Of a stretch of DNA of 64,000 nt, positions 31,158 to 39,941 are shown one piece after another (the first letter of the stretch is position 1; each line of letters begins with the position of its first letter). The notes below the pieces were generated by a model. The model saw nothing but the letters and a program-made list of their open reading frames with translations. It had not been told where the DNA came from and searched no databases. The DNA lies in NCBI GenBank assembly GCA_034670305.1, contig JAXMNT010000002.1, forward strand, positions 64,001 through 128,000, written 5' to 3'. Both the position numbers and the translations under genes were made by a program. Origin of the DNA: Deltaproteobacteria bacterium (GTDB lineage Bacteria; Myxococcota_A; Polyangia; Polyangiales; Houyiibacteriaceae).

Positions 31158-31368
31158 TATTGCTGGGGGCACGGCCCCCAAACCCCGTCCCGGTGACACG
31201 GCTTGCTCGCTTCGCTCGGCTTCGCCGCGTCGATATTGTCTGGTCTCTCGCGGGGTTTCTGCGGGCTCGGACGCCCTCGGCTTTCCGAACCCTCGAAAGC
31301 GGCTCCGGACCTGCTCGTCGCTTCGCTCCTGCGCGGGCCCAGAGCCTCCCGCGCGAGAGACTATTGCC
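31158..31368. repeat. REP-like hairpin-rich intergenic element
   Basis: TATTGCTGGGGGCACGGCCCCCA hairpin (similar to 32883-32906) and two TCGCTTCGCTC motifs shared with repeat unit A. Confidence 0.55.
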
Positions 31369-31399
31369 CGGGTTCTTCGCACTGGTGCGTAGGTGCTGG

Positions 31400-31795
31400 C
31401 TACGCGAGGGCGCTCGGCATCTCCGGCGGCGCGAGCGGGCCGCCCGGCAGCCAGCACGCCTCGTCGTCCCACATCAGCGTCTCGCAGCAGGCGTTGAACG
31501 CATCCCAGTCGCACATCCCGTCGCCATCCCCACCGAATCCGTTGCAGTCGGGATCGGGGGTACACGGCCGCGCATCCGCCGCGCCCGCATCGGCAAAGAA
31601 CGCATCCGGGAACACCTCTGGGGCGTCCTGGCCCGCATCGCGCAGCACGAGGGCATCGTCGGTCGGCCCACTGTCCGATCCGGTGGTGGTGATCTCGTGA
31701 CCGCCGTAGCAGGCGCTGCCGCCGACCATCGCCAAGGCAATGGTCACGGTTCGGGCAGCACGGAGGGCACGACGGCGGATTTCATCGGTGGTCAT
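31400..31795 (-). CDS. Small Cys/Trp-rich lipoprotein with C-terminal GGPLAPPEMP motif
   Basis: Basic N-terminus, hydrophobic stretch and GSAC lipobox; DAG linker; six Cys in the C-terminal ~55 aa. Confidence 0.7.
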   Translation of the reverse strand: MTTDEIRRRALRAARTVTIALAMVGGSACYGGHEITTTGSDSGPTDDALVLRDAGQDAPEVFPDAFFADAGAADARPCTPDPDCNGFGGDGDGMCDWDAFNACCETLMWDDEACWLPGGPLAPPEMPSALA

Positions 31796-31906
31796 GGAGC
31801 TGGCTTTCGGGATGGCACACCCTGGCGCGGAACGCGGAAGGCGACTCCCACATTGCGAGCACCATGCCAGCTTGGGCTTCGGGCTGTGATCCTGGACACT
31901 CCGCCC

Positions 31907-32728
31907 ATGACCCTCGTGAGAACCGACCTCAGCCAGTCTCCGCTGCGCCTCGAGTGGGAGCGCACCCTGCAGGCTTTGGAGCGCGGTGTCCCACCAGTGG
32001 CCAGGATCGATCTCAGTCTGTACTCCGATGCGAGCGTGGCGGCGGCTCGGGCCGCGTGGCTCCGGCGCATGGTCGACGAACACCGATCCGCCACCGTCTT
32101 CTCGGCGCTGCTCCCGCAAGCGATCGAAGCGGAGGTTCCGCTCGACCTGCAGGGCATCCTCCTGAAGATGGCGCTCGACGAACTGCATCATGGCGTGCTG
32201 TGCGGCCGCGTCGTCGAAGCGCTCGGCGGTCAGGCCGCTGCCCGCGTCGCGCAGGCGACCGAGTCCATCGCACTGCATGCCGGTCAGACACCGCTCGTTC
32301 GGTTCACCCGGAACTGCCTCTACGCGAGCTGCATCTCGGAGACGGTCAGCGTCTCGCTCACCACCGCGGAGCGGGACGAGACCACGGACCCCTTCGTACG
32401 CTCGGTCCTCGATCAGCTGCTCGGGGACGAGGTCACCCACGCACGCTTCGGATGGGTGCAGCTCGGCCTCGCCCGCCCCGCCCTCTCGCCGGACGACTGG
32501 GCCGCCGTGGAGGCGTACGTGCCGTTCGCACTGGACCACTACTGGAAGCAGTTGCTCGCCAAACGGTCGACGGAACCCAGCACCCAGGGGGACGAGATCG
32601 CACAGCGCAAAGCGCTCGGTCTCGGGTCCAGCGCGTTCTACAACGAGCTCACGCGGGCCACGCTCGAAGAGGTGGTGTTGCCTCAGCTGCAAGCGGCCGG
32701 GTTGGACGCGCGCTGGACGCCCGCGTAG
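31907..32728 (+). CDS. Ferritin-like (diiron) domain protein
   Basis: RMVDEHRS, DELHHG, CISETVS and DEVTHARFGW give the E/ExxH/E/ExxH ligand pattern. Confidence 0.85.
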   Translation: MTLVRTDLSQSPLRLEWERTLQALERGVPPVARIDLSLYSDASVAAARAAWLRRMVDEHRSATVFSALLPQAIEAEVPLDLQGILLKMALDELHHGVLCGRVVEALGGQAAARVAQATESIALHAGQTPLVRFTRNCLYASCISETVSVSLTTAERDETTDPFVRSVLDQLLGDEVTHARFGWVQLGLARPALSPDDWAAVEAYVPFALDHYWKQLLAKRSTEPSTQGDEIAQRKALGLGSSAFYNELTRATLEEVVLPQLQAAGLDARWTPA

Positions 32729-32730
32729 CG

Positions 32731-33143
32731 TAGCAGGCTGCTGAAGACGCCCGCAGGGCGTTCTCGCAGCCTGCCCCTTGCCCCTGCCCTTTGCCCTTGC
32801 CCGCGGATCAGCGGTCAGATCGCTTGATCAGCGCGACGAGCATCACCGACGACCTGCTCAAGGTGGGCGAGAGCCCGTTCGATATTTCTTGGGGGCACAG
32901 CCCCCAAGCAATATCGAGGCAGACGCAAGACACAGCTCGCCGCCTACCTGGCCGGCGCCGCATACAACCTCCTACCCGTCGCGCGGCTGCGGAGCTGCGC
33001 CGCGTAGCACCGACCGATTCGAGGCCTCGCCGTCGCGAAACACACGGCGTCCACGACGCGGGCAAGGGCACGGGCAAGGGCACGGGCAAGGGCAACGGCA
33101 AGGGCAACGGCAAGGGAGCAGGTCGTTTTTCAGCGACCTGCTC
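32731..33143. mobile_element. IS5-family-derived miniature element, long copy, with transposase C-terminal relic
   Basis: Imperfect terminal IRs TAGCAGGCTGCTGAAGA and TTTTTCAGCGACCTGCTC; 32912-33007 encodes YRGRRKTQLAAYLAGAAYNLLPVARL...*. Confidence 0.75.
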
Positions 33144-33151
33144 CCGAGCGC

Positions 33152-33895
33152 TCAGCGGCCGCGGGTCTTCTTGCCGAGGTACTTCTTGCCGATCTGCTCG
33201 AGCTCTTTCTCGTTCAGCGGCCGGTACTGACCCGGACGAAGTCCTTCGACGGTGATGCCCGCGAAGCTCTGTCGGACGAGCCGCATGACGCGGTGTCCAA
33301 GCGCATCGCCCATGCGGTGGATCTGACGGTTCTTGCCCTCTTTGAGCGTGATGCTCAGCCAGGTCGTCTTGGCCTCCGAACGGTGCACGAACACCTCGGC
33401 CGGCTTCGTCACGTAGCCATCGTCGAGCGTCACGCCCTGCCGAAGTTTGCCGAGCGCATCGAGCGCCACGTTGCCCTGGACCTTCGCGAGGTACGTCTTC
33501 GGCACCCCGCGCTTCGGACGCAACAGCCCGTCGGTGAACGCGCCGTCGTTGGTCAGCAGCAGCACGCCGCTCGTGTGGTAATCGAGCCGGCCGACCGGGT
33601 GCACCGATTCTTCGAGCCGCTTGACGATGCCCGAGAGCGACGCGCGCTCCTCCGGATCGTCCAGGGTGCAGACCATCTCGCGGGGCTTGTGAAGCACGTA
33701 GTACGCCCGCTTCTCACGCACGACCCGGCGGCCGTCGAGCTCGATCTTGTCGGACCGGCCGTCGACCTTGACGCCCATCTCCGTAACGACCTTGCCGTTG
33801 ACGCGCACGCGGCCAGCGAGGATCAGCTCCTCGCATTTGCGGCGCGACGCCACGCCGGCGTTCGCGAGTACTTTCTGGAGTCGTTCGAGGCGCAT
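33152..33895 (-). CDS. rluB: rRNA pseudouridine synthase (RluB/RsuA family)
   Basis: S4 domain RLQKVLANAGVASRR; PVGRLD and EGKNRQI motifs. Confidence 0.9.
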   Translation of the reverse strand: MRLERLQKVLANAGVASRRKCEELILAGRVRVNGKVVTEMGVKVDGRSDKIELDGRRVVREKRAYYVLHKPREMVCTLDDPEERASLSGIVKRLEESVHPVGRLDYHTSGVLLLTNDGAFTDGLLRPKRGVPKTYLAKVQGNVALDALGKLRQGVTLDDGYVTKPAEVFVHRSEAKTTWLSITLKEGKNRQIHRMGDALGHRVMRLVRQSFAGITVEGLRPGQYRPLNEKELEQIGKKYLGKKTRGR

Positions 33896-33957
33896 CGCCC
33901 GTGCCTAGCACGCGCCGCCGGAGCCTGTCAGGCGCCCGCGTCGGGGCCGTACAACGC

Positions 33958-34686
33958 TCAGCCTTCGGCGGCTTCGCCTTCGGCAGCCTCGGCTGCGTCC
34001 TCGGCGACCTGTTCCGCCTGCTCGCGGGCGGCATCCGCCTCGCGGGCGCGCAGCCATTCGGCATCTCGGTCCCAGCGGTCGACCCGTCCGTCGCCGTCGA
34101 TGTCCGTCCCCATGCGGACCATGCGACCCTCTTCGTAGTACTCCCAACGATCCGGGTGCCAGTTGTTCGCGTCGCTCCGACCCGCCATGTCCCGCTCCGC
34201 CCGGACCGGTCGGCCACCTTCGAAGAAGATCTTCTGATCGACCCGGCCGTCGTGGTTCATGTCGAGCTCTTGGCGAACGATGCGGCCATGTTCGAAGAAC
34301 GTGATCTCGTCCATGCCGCCGTCGAAGTCGCGGTCGGCTTCTTCGCGCATCGGCCGGCCTTCGTCGTTGTAGAACCGCACCACGTCTTTGGTGCCGTCGC
34401 CGTTCAGGTCCGCTTCGCGGCACACCAGGACGAGTCGGGCCAACCGACCGGTGCCGATGGTGAGGAACACCTTCCGGACATCCGGGTACTCGTCGCCCGA
34501 CGTGTCGTACTCGCTCACCTCGCGGTTCGGAGCGTCGGCGTCGCAGCGGCTGTTCTCTTCGCCGCGCTCCCCGCCGGAGGTCTCGGCACTTCGCGCATGG
34601 GTCGGCCGGTTGTTCCGCTCGTCTTCTTCACTCGAACAACCGAATCCCACCGCGAGGCAGAGCATCACCATCAGTGCGCGCGTCAT
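33958..34686 (-). CDS. Lipoprotein with tandem Dx[ND]xDG repeats (paralogue 2)
   Basis: Lipobox VGFGC; repeats DLNGDG, DRDFDG, DMNHDG and DIDGDG; ATG overlaps the upstream TGA. Confidence 0.8.
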   Translation of the reverse strand: MTRALMVMLCLAVGFGCSSEEDERNNRPTHARSAETSGGERGEENSRCDADAPNREVSEYDTSGDEYPDVRKVFLTIGTGRLARLVLVCREADLNGDGTKDVVRFYNDEGRPMREEADRDFDGGMDEITFFEHGRIVRQELDMNHDGRVDQKIFFEGGRPVRAERDMAGRSDANNWHPDRWEYYEEGRMVRMGTDIDGDGRVDRWDRDAEWLRAREADAAREQAEQVAEDAAEAAEGEAAEG

Positions 34687-35549
34687 TCCGAACCCTCTTC
34701 TTCCTCGGTCACATCGCTCGCGCCGGCCCACGGGGCGTCGTCGCCTTCGGTCGTGCCTTCGCCCTCGGTCCCCTCGGCGGGCACCGTCCCGTTCTGGGGT
34801 TCGCCCGCAGGCGGGGCCGGCGGCGCAGCTTCTTCCGGTTCTTCGTCCGGCAGGACGGAGCACCCGAGTCGGTCCTCCGCCTGACCGGCCTGGTCGGCGG
34901 GGATCTCTTCGGCCCGATCCGGCTGGCCGTCGCGGTCGGTGTCGTATCGAACTTCCGTCAGACGGCCGTTCTGGAAGACTTCCCACTTCTCGGGCTGGCC
35001 ATCGTTGTTGTCGTCGTAGCGTGCTTCGGTGAGGTAGCCGCGCTCGTAGACTTCCCACGTGTCGACGTCGCCGTCGTTCGTGCGGTCGCGTTCGGCCCGC
35101 GAAACCCTGCCTTCTTCACACCACATCCACGTGTCGATGCGGCTGTTGAAGTTGGTGTCGAGCTCTTTGCGGCTCAGGTCGCCCGCTTCGAAGTACGCGA
35201 TCTGGTCCATGCGACCGTCGAAGTCGAAGTCGTGTTCTTCGCGAATCGGCGTCTGTCCATCCGCGTCGTAGAACCGCGTGACGTCGGTGCGGCCATCGAA
35301 GTTCATGTCGATCTCGGTGCAGATCCGGGTCCCGTTGGACATCACGTGGCGGATGTCCGGGGTGCCGTCGTTGTTGACGTCGGTGGCCAGCTCTTCGCCC
35401 CGCCCCACGCACGCCTCACGCACCGAGATGTCGCCCCGCGACCCCTGCAGCACTTCGTTCTGTTCACCGATGCCGGAGCCCTCGTTCGACCCGCCACAGG
35501 CGATCAGCCCCATCAGACACAGAAAAACCGAATAATTACGCATACTCAT
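34683..35549 (-). CDS. Lipoprotein with tandem Dx[ND]xDG repeats (paralogue 1)
   Basis: Lipobox LIAC; repeats DVNNDG, DMNFDG, DFDFDG, DRTNDG, DDNNDG and DTDRDG. Confidence 0.8.
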   Translation of the reverse strand: MSMRNYSVFLCLMGLIACGGSNEGSGIGEQNEVLQGSRGDISVREACVGRGEELATDVNNDGTPDIRHVMSNGTRICTEIDMNFDGRTDVTRFYDADGQTPIREEHDFDFDGRMDQIAYFEAGDLSRKELDTNFNSRIDTWMWCEEGRVSRAERDRTNDGDVDTWEVYERGYLTEARYDDNNDGQPEKWEVFQNGRLTEVRYDTDRDGQPDRAEEIPADQAGQAEDRLGCSVLPDEEPEEAAPPAPPAGEPQNGTVPAEGTEGEGTTEGDDAPWAGASDVTEEEEGSE

Positions 35550-35745
35550 TCCAGCTGTCTCGAGTGCGCCGAAGGACTCGGCACCGGGGTGTTTTGGACG
35601 GACCCATCCGGACGCGCCCCCCGTTCGCCGGAGCTTAACCGCGCCTTGTCCCTTGGGGCAACCGCCCACTGCAAGGACCCTCCTTCGGTGTTTCCATCGG
35701 CGCCAAATGGGTCGGCCTTTTTGTCACCGCGGCCGGTCCCGTTGT

Positions 35746-35774
35746 TTGACCACATACATGGTGCCATGTAGCTT
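35746..35774 (+). promoter_or_regulatory. Sigma70-type promoter overlapped by a palindromic operator
   Basis: TTGACC-N17-TAGCTT; inverted repeat TACATGG-TG-CCATGTA at 35755-35770. Confidence 0.7.
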
Positions 35775-35811
35775 CACCCGGCGGAGGGTCGCCCTCCCGG
35801 AAACAAGCACG

Positions 35812-35988
35812 ATGGCACGCAAGAAGATCTCGACGACGGTCTACATCACTCCTGAGCAGAACGAGAAGTTGAAGCTGCTCCATGAACGCACGAAGGTGCC
35901 GGTCGCGGTCTACATCCGCGAAGGCATCGATCTGGTGCTGGCGAAACACGAAGACCAGTTGCCCGGCCAACTCTCGCTCGAGACCTGA
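35812..35988 (+). CDS. cdbA: Ribbon-helix-helix protein, CdbA-like c-di-GMP-binding nucleoid-associated protein
   Basis: MARKKISTTVYITPEQ...TKVPVAVYIREGIDLVL...LPGQ closely resembles the myxobacterial CdbA/CdbB family (recognised from memory). Confidence 0.8.
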   Translation: MARKKISTTVYITPEQNEKLKLLHERTKVPVAVYIREGIDLVLAKHEDQLPGQLSLET

Positions 35989-36035
35989 CGCGCGCGCTCG
36001 CATTCGTTCAGGGGAGGTGCTAGCTCAGCGCCCCC

Positions 36036-37844
36036 ATGTCGTCGTTTCCCCGTCAGCGCATCCGCAACTTCGCGATCATCGCGCACATCGATCACGGCAA
36101 GTCCACCCTGGCCGACCGAATCCTCGATGTCACCGGCGCCATCACGAAACGAGAGCAGAAGGAACAACTGCTCGATCGGATGGAACTCGAGCAGGAGCGC
36201 GGCATCACGATCAAGGCGCAGAGCGTCCGGCTCCCCTTCAAGGCGGCCGACGGGGAGCTCTACCAGCTCAACCTGATCGACACCCCCGGACACGTGGACT
36301 TCTCGTACGAGGTCTCCCGCTCACTCGCCGCCTGCGACGGAGCGCTGCTCGTCGTGGACGCGACCCAGGGGGTGGAAGCGCAGACCCTCGCGAACGTGTA
36401 CCTGGCGCTCGAGAACGACCTCGAAATCATCCCCGTGTTCAACAAGATCGACCTGCCGAGCGCAGACGTCGATCGGGTGAAGCGGGAAGTCGAAGAAGTG
36501 ATCGGCCTCGACGTCGACGAGCTGCTCGCGTGCAGCGGCAAGACCGGCGCCGGCGTACACGAGATCCTCGAAGCCATCGTACGGCGGGTGCCGCCCCCGA
36601 AGACGGACTATGAGGAGGGCCCGCTTCGCGCCCTGCTCTTCGACAGCTGGTACGACGCGTACCGCGGCGCGATGGGCATGATCCGCGTGGTCGACGGCAC
36701 CATCCGCAAGGGCGACAAGATCAAGATGATGGCGACGCGCGCCGAGTACGAAGTCACCGAGCTCGGCGTCTATTCTCCGTGGCCCGTGGCCGTGGACCAC
36801 CTCGCACCGGGCGAGGTCGGGTTCTTCGCCGCCTCGATCAAGTCGATCACCGACACCAAAGTCGGCGACACCATCACCAAACTCCACGACCAAGCCCCTG
36901 AAGCGCTCAAGGGGTTCCAAGACGTCAAACCGATGGTCTTCTGCGGCGTGTTCCCCACCGACAGCGACCAATACCCGGAGCTCCGGGACGCGCTCGACAA
37001 ACTGCGCTTGAACGACGCGGCGCTCTTCTTCGAGCCCGAGAGCTCGGACGCGCTGGGCTTCGGCTTTCGCTGTGGCTTCCTCGGTCTGCTGCACATGGAG
37101 ATCGTCCAGGAGCGGCTCGAGCGCGAGTACAACCTCGATCTCATCACGACGGCGCCGAGCGTCGTCTACCACGTGCACTTGATCTCGGGCGAAGTCATCA
37201 ACGTGGAGAACCCCTCGCGTCTGCCCGATGCCGGGGAGATCGCGAAGATCGAAGAGCCGTACTTCAAGGTGCAGATCCATGTGCCGAGCAGCTTCGTCGG
37301 CCCGGTCCTCAAGCTCTGCCAGGAGCGCCGCGGCGAGCAGACCGGCTTGCAGTACTCGAGCACCGACCGAGTCGTGATCACCTACGAGCTACCGCTCGCC
37401 GAAGTGCTCTACGACTTCTACGACAAGCTCAAGAGCGCGACCAAGGGCTACGCGTCCATGGACTACGAGCTCAGCAGCTACCGCGAGAACAAACTCGTGC
37501 GCCTCGACATGCTCATCAACGGCGACCGACTCGATGCGCTCAGCGCCATCGTGCACAAGTCGAACGCGTTCTTCATCGGCCGCGAGCTCGCCAAACGGCT
37601 CAAGGGCATCGTGCCGCGGCAACAGTTCGAGGTCGCGATCCAGGCCGCGATCGGAAGCAAGATCGTGGCGCGCGAATCGGTGCGGGCGCTCCGAAAGGAC
37701 GTCACGGCCAAGTGCTACGGCGGCGACATCAGCCGCAAGCGCAAGCTCTTGCAGAAGCAGAAAGAAGGCAAGAAGCGGATGAAGTCGGTCGGCAAGGTCG
37801 ACATCCCGCAGGCCGCCTTCCACGCCATCCTCACCGTCGACTGA
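36036..37844 (+). CDS. lepA: Elongation factor 4 LepA
   Basis: [29 protein letters not shown] and [14 protein letters not shown] motifs. Confidence 0.98.
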   Translation: MSSFPRQRIRNFAIIAHIDHGKSTLADRILDVTGAITKREQKEQLLDRMELEQERGITIKAQSVRLPFKAADGELYQLNLIDTPGHVDFSYEVSRSLAACDGALLVVDATQGVEAQTLANVYLALENDLEIIPVFNKIDLPSADVDRVKREVEEVIGLDVDELLACSGKTGAGVHEILEAIVRRVPPPKTDYEEGPLRALLFDSWYDAYRGAMGMIRVVDGTIRKGDKIKMMATRAEYEVTELGVYSPWPVAVDHLAPGEVGFFAASIKSITDTKVGDTITKLHDQAPEALKGFQDVKPMVFCGVFPTDSDQYPELRDALDKLRLNDAALFFEPESSDALGFGFRCGFLGLLHMEIVQERLEREYNLDLITTAPSVVYHVHLISGEVINVENPSRLPDAGEIAKIEEPYFKVQIHVPSSFVGPVLKLCQERRGEQTGLQYSSTDRVVITYELPLAEVLYDFYDKLKSATKGYASMDYELSSYRENKLVRLDMLINGDRLDALSAIVHKSNAFFIGRELAKRLKGIVPRQQFEVAIQAAIGSKIVARESVRALRKDVTAKCYGGDISRKRKLLQKQKEGKKRMKSVGKVDIPQAAFHAILTVD

Positions 37845-37853
37845 CGCATCCGC

Positions 37854-38882
37854 TCAGCGGATGATGGGGACGACCACCTCGCTCGGATCGGATTCGATCC
37901 GCAGTCGGACTTCGCGCTCGGCGACGACCCGCCCGCAGGAACGAAGGCGCACCATCAGCGTTTGATCGCGGTTCGCGGGCACCTGAAAGAAGCCCACCTC
38001 GGCTCCCCCGATCAGGTCCCCAGCCGGCGGCGCAGTCTCGAGCAGGTAGACTCCGTCGAGCCGGAGTTCGACCGCATCGAACTCGTCGCGGGTGTACTCC
38101 GTTCGGAGGGTCACCTGGAGCGGCGCCGCGTCGTCTACGCACTCGAGCGAGCGGGGGTCGCAGGCGCCATCGCAGAACCCGAGCCCCGCCTCGCACGCAC
38201 ACTCGCCCCGAACCCGCACCACCGCCGCACAGCCGAACGGCGGTGGGCCCATGCAAGGCTCTGGAGCGAGACAATCGCACTCGCTTTCGTCCGGCCGACA
38301 GACGCCATCGGCGCACACTTCGCCACTGGGGCAGTCCGCGTCGTCGGGAACCGGCACGCATGCGCACGAGTGGCACTCGATCGCGCCGCACTCGGCCGAG
38401 GGGCAATCGCTGTCGCTGAAACACGCGCACTCGCCGCAGCGGGTCGGATCGATCTCACACTCGTCGCGGCACGCCCCGCCCACGCACACCTCGCCCATGG
38501 GACAACCGCCGAGGCAGCCGCCCCGGAAACTGAACCGAAGCGTCGCGTTGGCGGTGTAGGTGCCGTTGGTCGCGTCCGTCGCGAGCTCGGTGCCGCGGCT
38601 GTCGTGCAAACTCACGACCACCAGATGCGTGCCCGACTCGACGGTCAGTGGCGGCACCGCGGCGCCCATCAGATAGAAGCCCTCGGGCACCCCGTCGAAC
38701 ACGACCACCCCGTCGATCGAGACTCGGACGCGCGCGGTCACATCCGCGAGCGCCCGGTCCGTCTCGACCACCACGGTCAACGCGATGTCCCCCTCGATGA
38801 TGGGGGTCTGCGTACGTGCGCAGCTGGACGCGAGGACGAGGAGAGACGAGAGAACGAGAGGGGGCGAAAGGCAGCGGCGCAT
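37854..38882 (-). CDS. Cys-rich lipoprotein with two Ig/beta-sandwich-like segments flanking Cys repeats
   Basis: Lipobox LASSC; CFSDSDC and DDADCPSGEVC repeats. Confidence 0.7.
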   Translation of the reverse strand: MRRCLSPPLVLSSLLVLASSCARTQTPIIEGDIALTVVVETDRALADVTARVRVSIDGVVVFDGVPEGFYLMGAAVPPLTVESGTHLVVVSLHDSRGTELATDATNGTYTANATLRFSFRGGCLGGCPMGEVCVGGACRDECEIDPTRCGECACFSDSDCPSAECGAIECHSCACVPVPDDADCPSGEVCADGVCRPDESECDCLAPEPCMGPPPFGCAAVVRVRGECACEAGLGFCDGACDPRSLECVDDAAPLQVTLRTEYTRDEFDAVELRLDGVYLLETAPPAGDLIGGAEVGFFQVPANRDQTLMVRLRSCGRVVAEREVRLRIESDPSEVVVPIIR

Positions 38883-38961
38883 TGGATCAGAGGATACCAG
38901 CTGTCCGAAGCGGTGGCCGAAGCCGAAGCCGATGGCGAAGAGCGGCCGACACGACCCGCGT

Positions 38962-39483
38962 TCAGTCGGTCAGCAGTCGGTAGTCGGCGGCTTTCTTCAC
39001 GTAGTGCGCGGCGCCGTCGCCCATGCGCTCGAGTTCTTCCGGAGTGAGCGGGCGTTTCACTTTCGCGGGGCGGCCGACGGCGAGCATGCCGCTCGGGATG
39101 ACGGTGCGGGCGGTCACGAGGGAGCCGGCGCCGATCAACACGTCATCGCCGATGTCGGCGGCATCGAGCACGATCGTGCCCATGCCGATGAGGACGCGGT
39201 TGCCGAGTTTGCAGCCGTGGAGGATCACCCCGTGCCCGACCACGCAGTCTTCGCCGACGGTCGTCGCGTGCCACCCGTCGGTGGCGTGCACGACCGAGTT
39301 GTCTTGGATGGAGGTGCGCGCGCCGATCCGGATCGGCATCACGTCGCCACGCAGGGTCGATCCGAACCAGATCGAGGCTTGCGCGCCGACGACCACGTCC
39401 CCGATGAGGCTGGTGTTGGGAGCGACGAACGCGTCGTCGGCGATCACGGGGGCGTGGTCGCCATAGGGAAGCAGGACCTTCAT
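38962..39483 (-). CDS. Gamma carbonic anhydrase family protein
   Basis: LRGDV, IQDNSVVH and VGHGVILHGC hexapeptide repeats. Confidence 0.93.
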   Translation of the reverse strand: MKVLLPYGDHAPVIADDAFVAPNTSLIGDVVVGAQASIWFGSTLRGDVMPIRIGARTSIQDNSVVHATDGWHATTVGEDCVVGHGVILHGCKLGNRVLIGMGTIVLDAADIGDDVLIGAGSLVTARTVIPSGMLAVGRPAKVKRPLTPEELERMGDGAAHYVKKAADYRLLTD

Positions 39484-39941
39484 GTCATCTCCTTGGTCTC
39501 CGGTAGCGCGGAGCTGGGTGTCTCTTCGGCGATCTCCGCAGCGCGTGCGCGACGCGCCGCGAACCACCGGAGGAGCCCGCGTGCAGAAGCACCGGTGGTC
39601 GCGCCGATGGCGTCCGCGAGCAGGTCGAGGTGGTCGGCGGAGCGACCGGGCACGAACGCTTGGTGGAACTCGTCCGAGAGGCCCCACGCGGTCGCGAGGA
39701 ACGCGCCGAGCGCCAACGTCCGGAACGGATGGCGCTGCGGCCAAGTGTTCAGAGTCGCGTGCGCGCAGAGGAAGCCGAGCGCGGCGTACTCCACGAAGTG
39801 CACGCCTTTGTCCTGGAACGGGAACGCCCGGATCGAAGGCGCGTCGATGGCGAAGGACGAGAGCGCGAAGATGAGCCCCATGTACAGGAACGCGGGCATC
39901 CAGTGCAGCCACCACCGTGGCGGCAGACCTGCGCCCTTCAC
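39480..39941 (-). CDS. VanZ family membrane protein
   Basis: DKGVHFVEYAALG, SDEFHQAFVPGR and DLLAD motifs. Confidence 0.88.
   Translation of the reverse strand: MKGAGLPPRWWLHWMPAFLYMGLIFALSSFAIDAPSIRAFPFQDKGVHFVEYAALGFLCAHATLNTWPQRHPFRTLALGAFLATAWGLSDEFHQAFVPGRSADHLDLLADAIGATTGASARGLLRWFAARRARAAEIAEETPSSALPETKEMT

Noticed and set aside
31796-32692. 430-aa minus-strand ORF overlapping the ferritin-like gene
   Set aside because: Antisense shadow; only the last 131 aa look like a real lipoprotein
32912-33007. Active transposase
   Set aside because: Only a 31-codon C-terminal relic with no start or catalytic core
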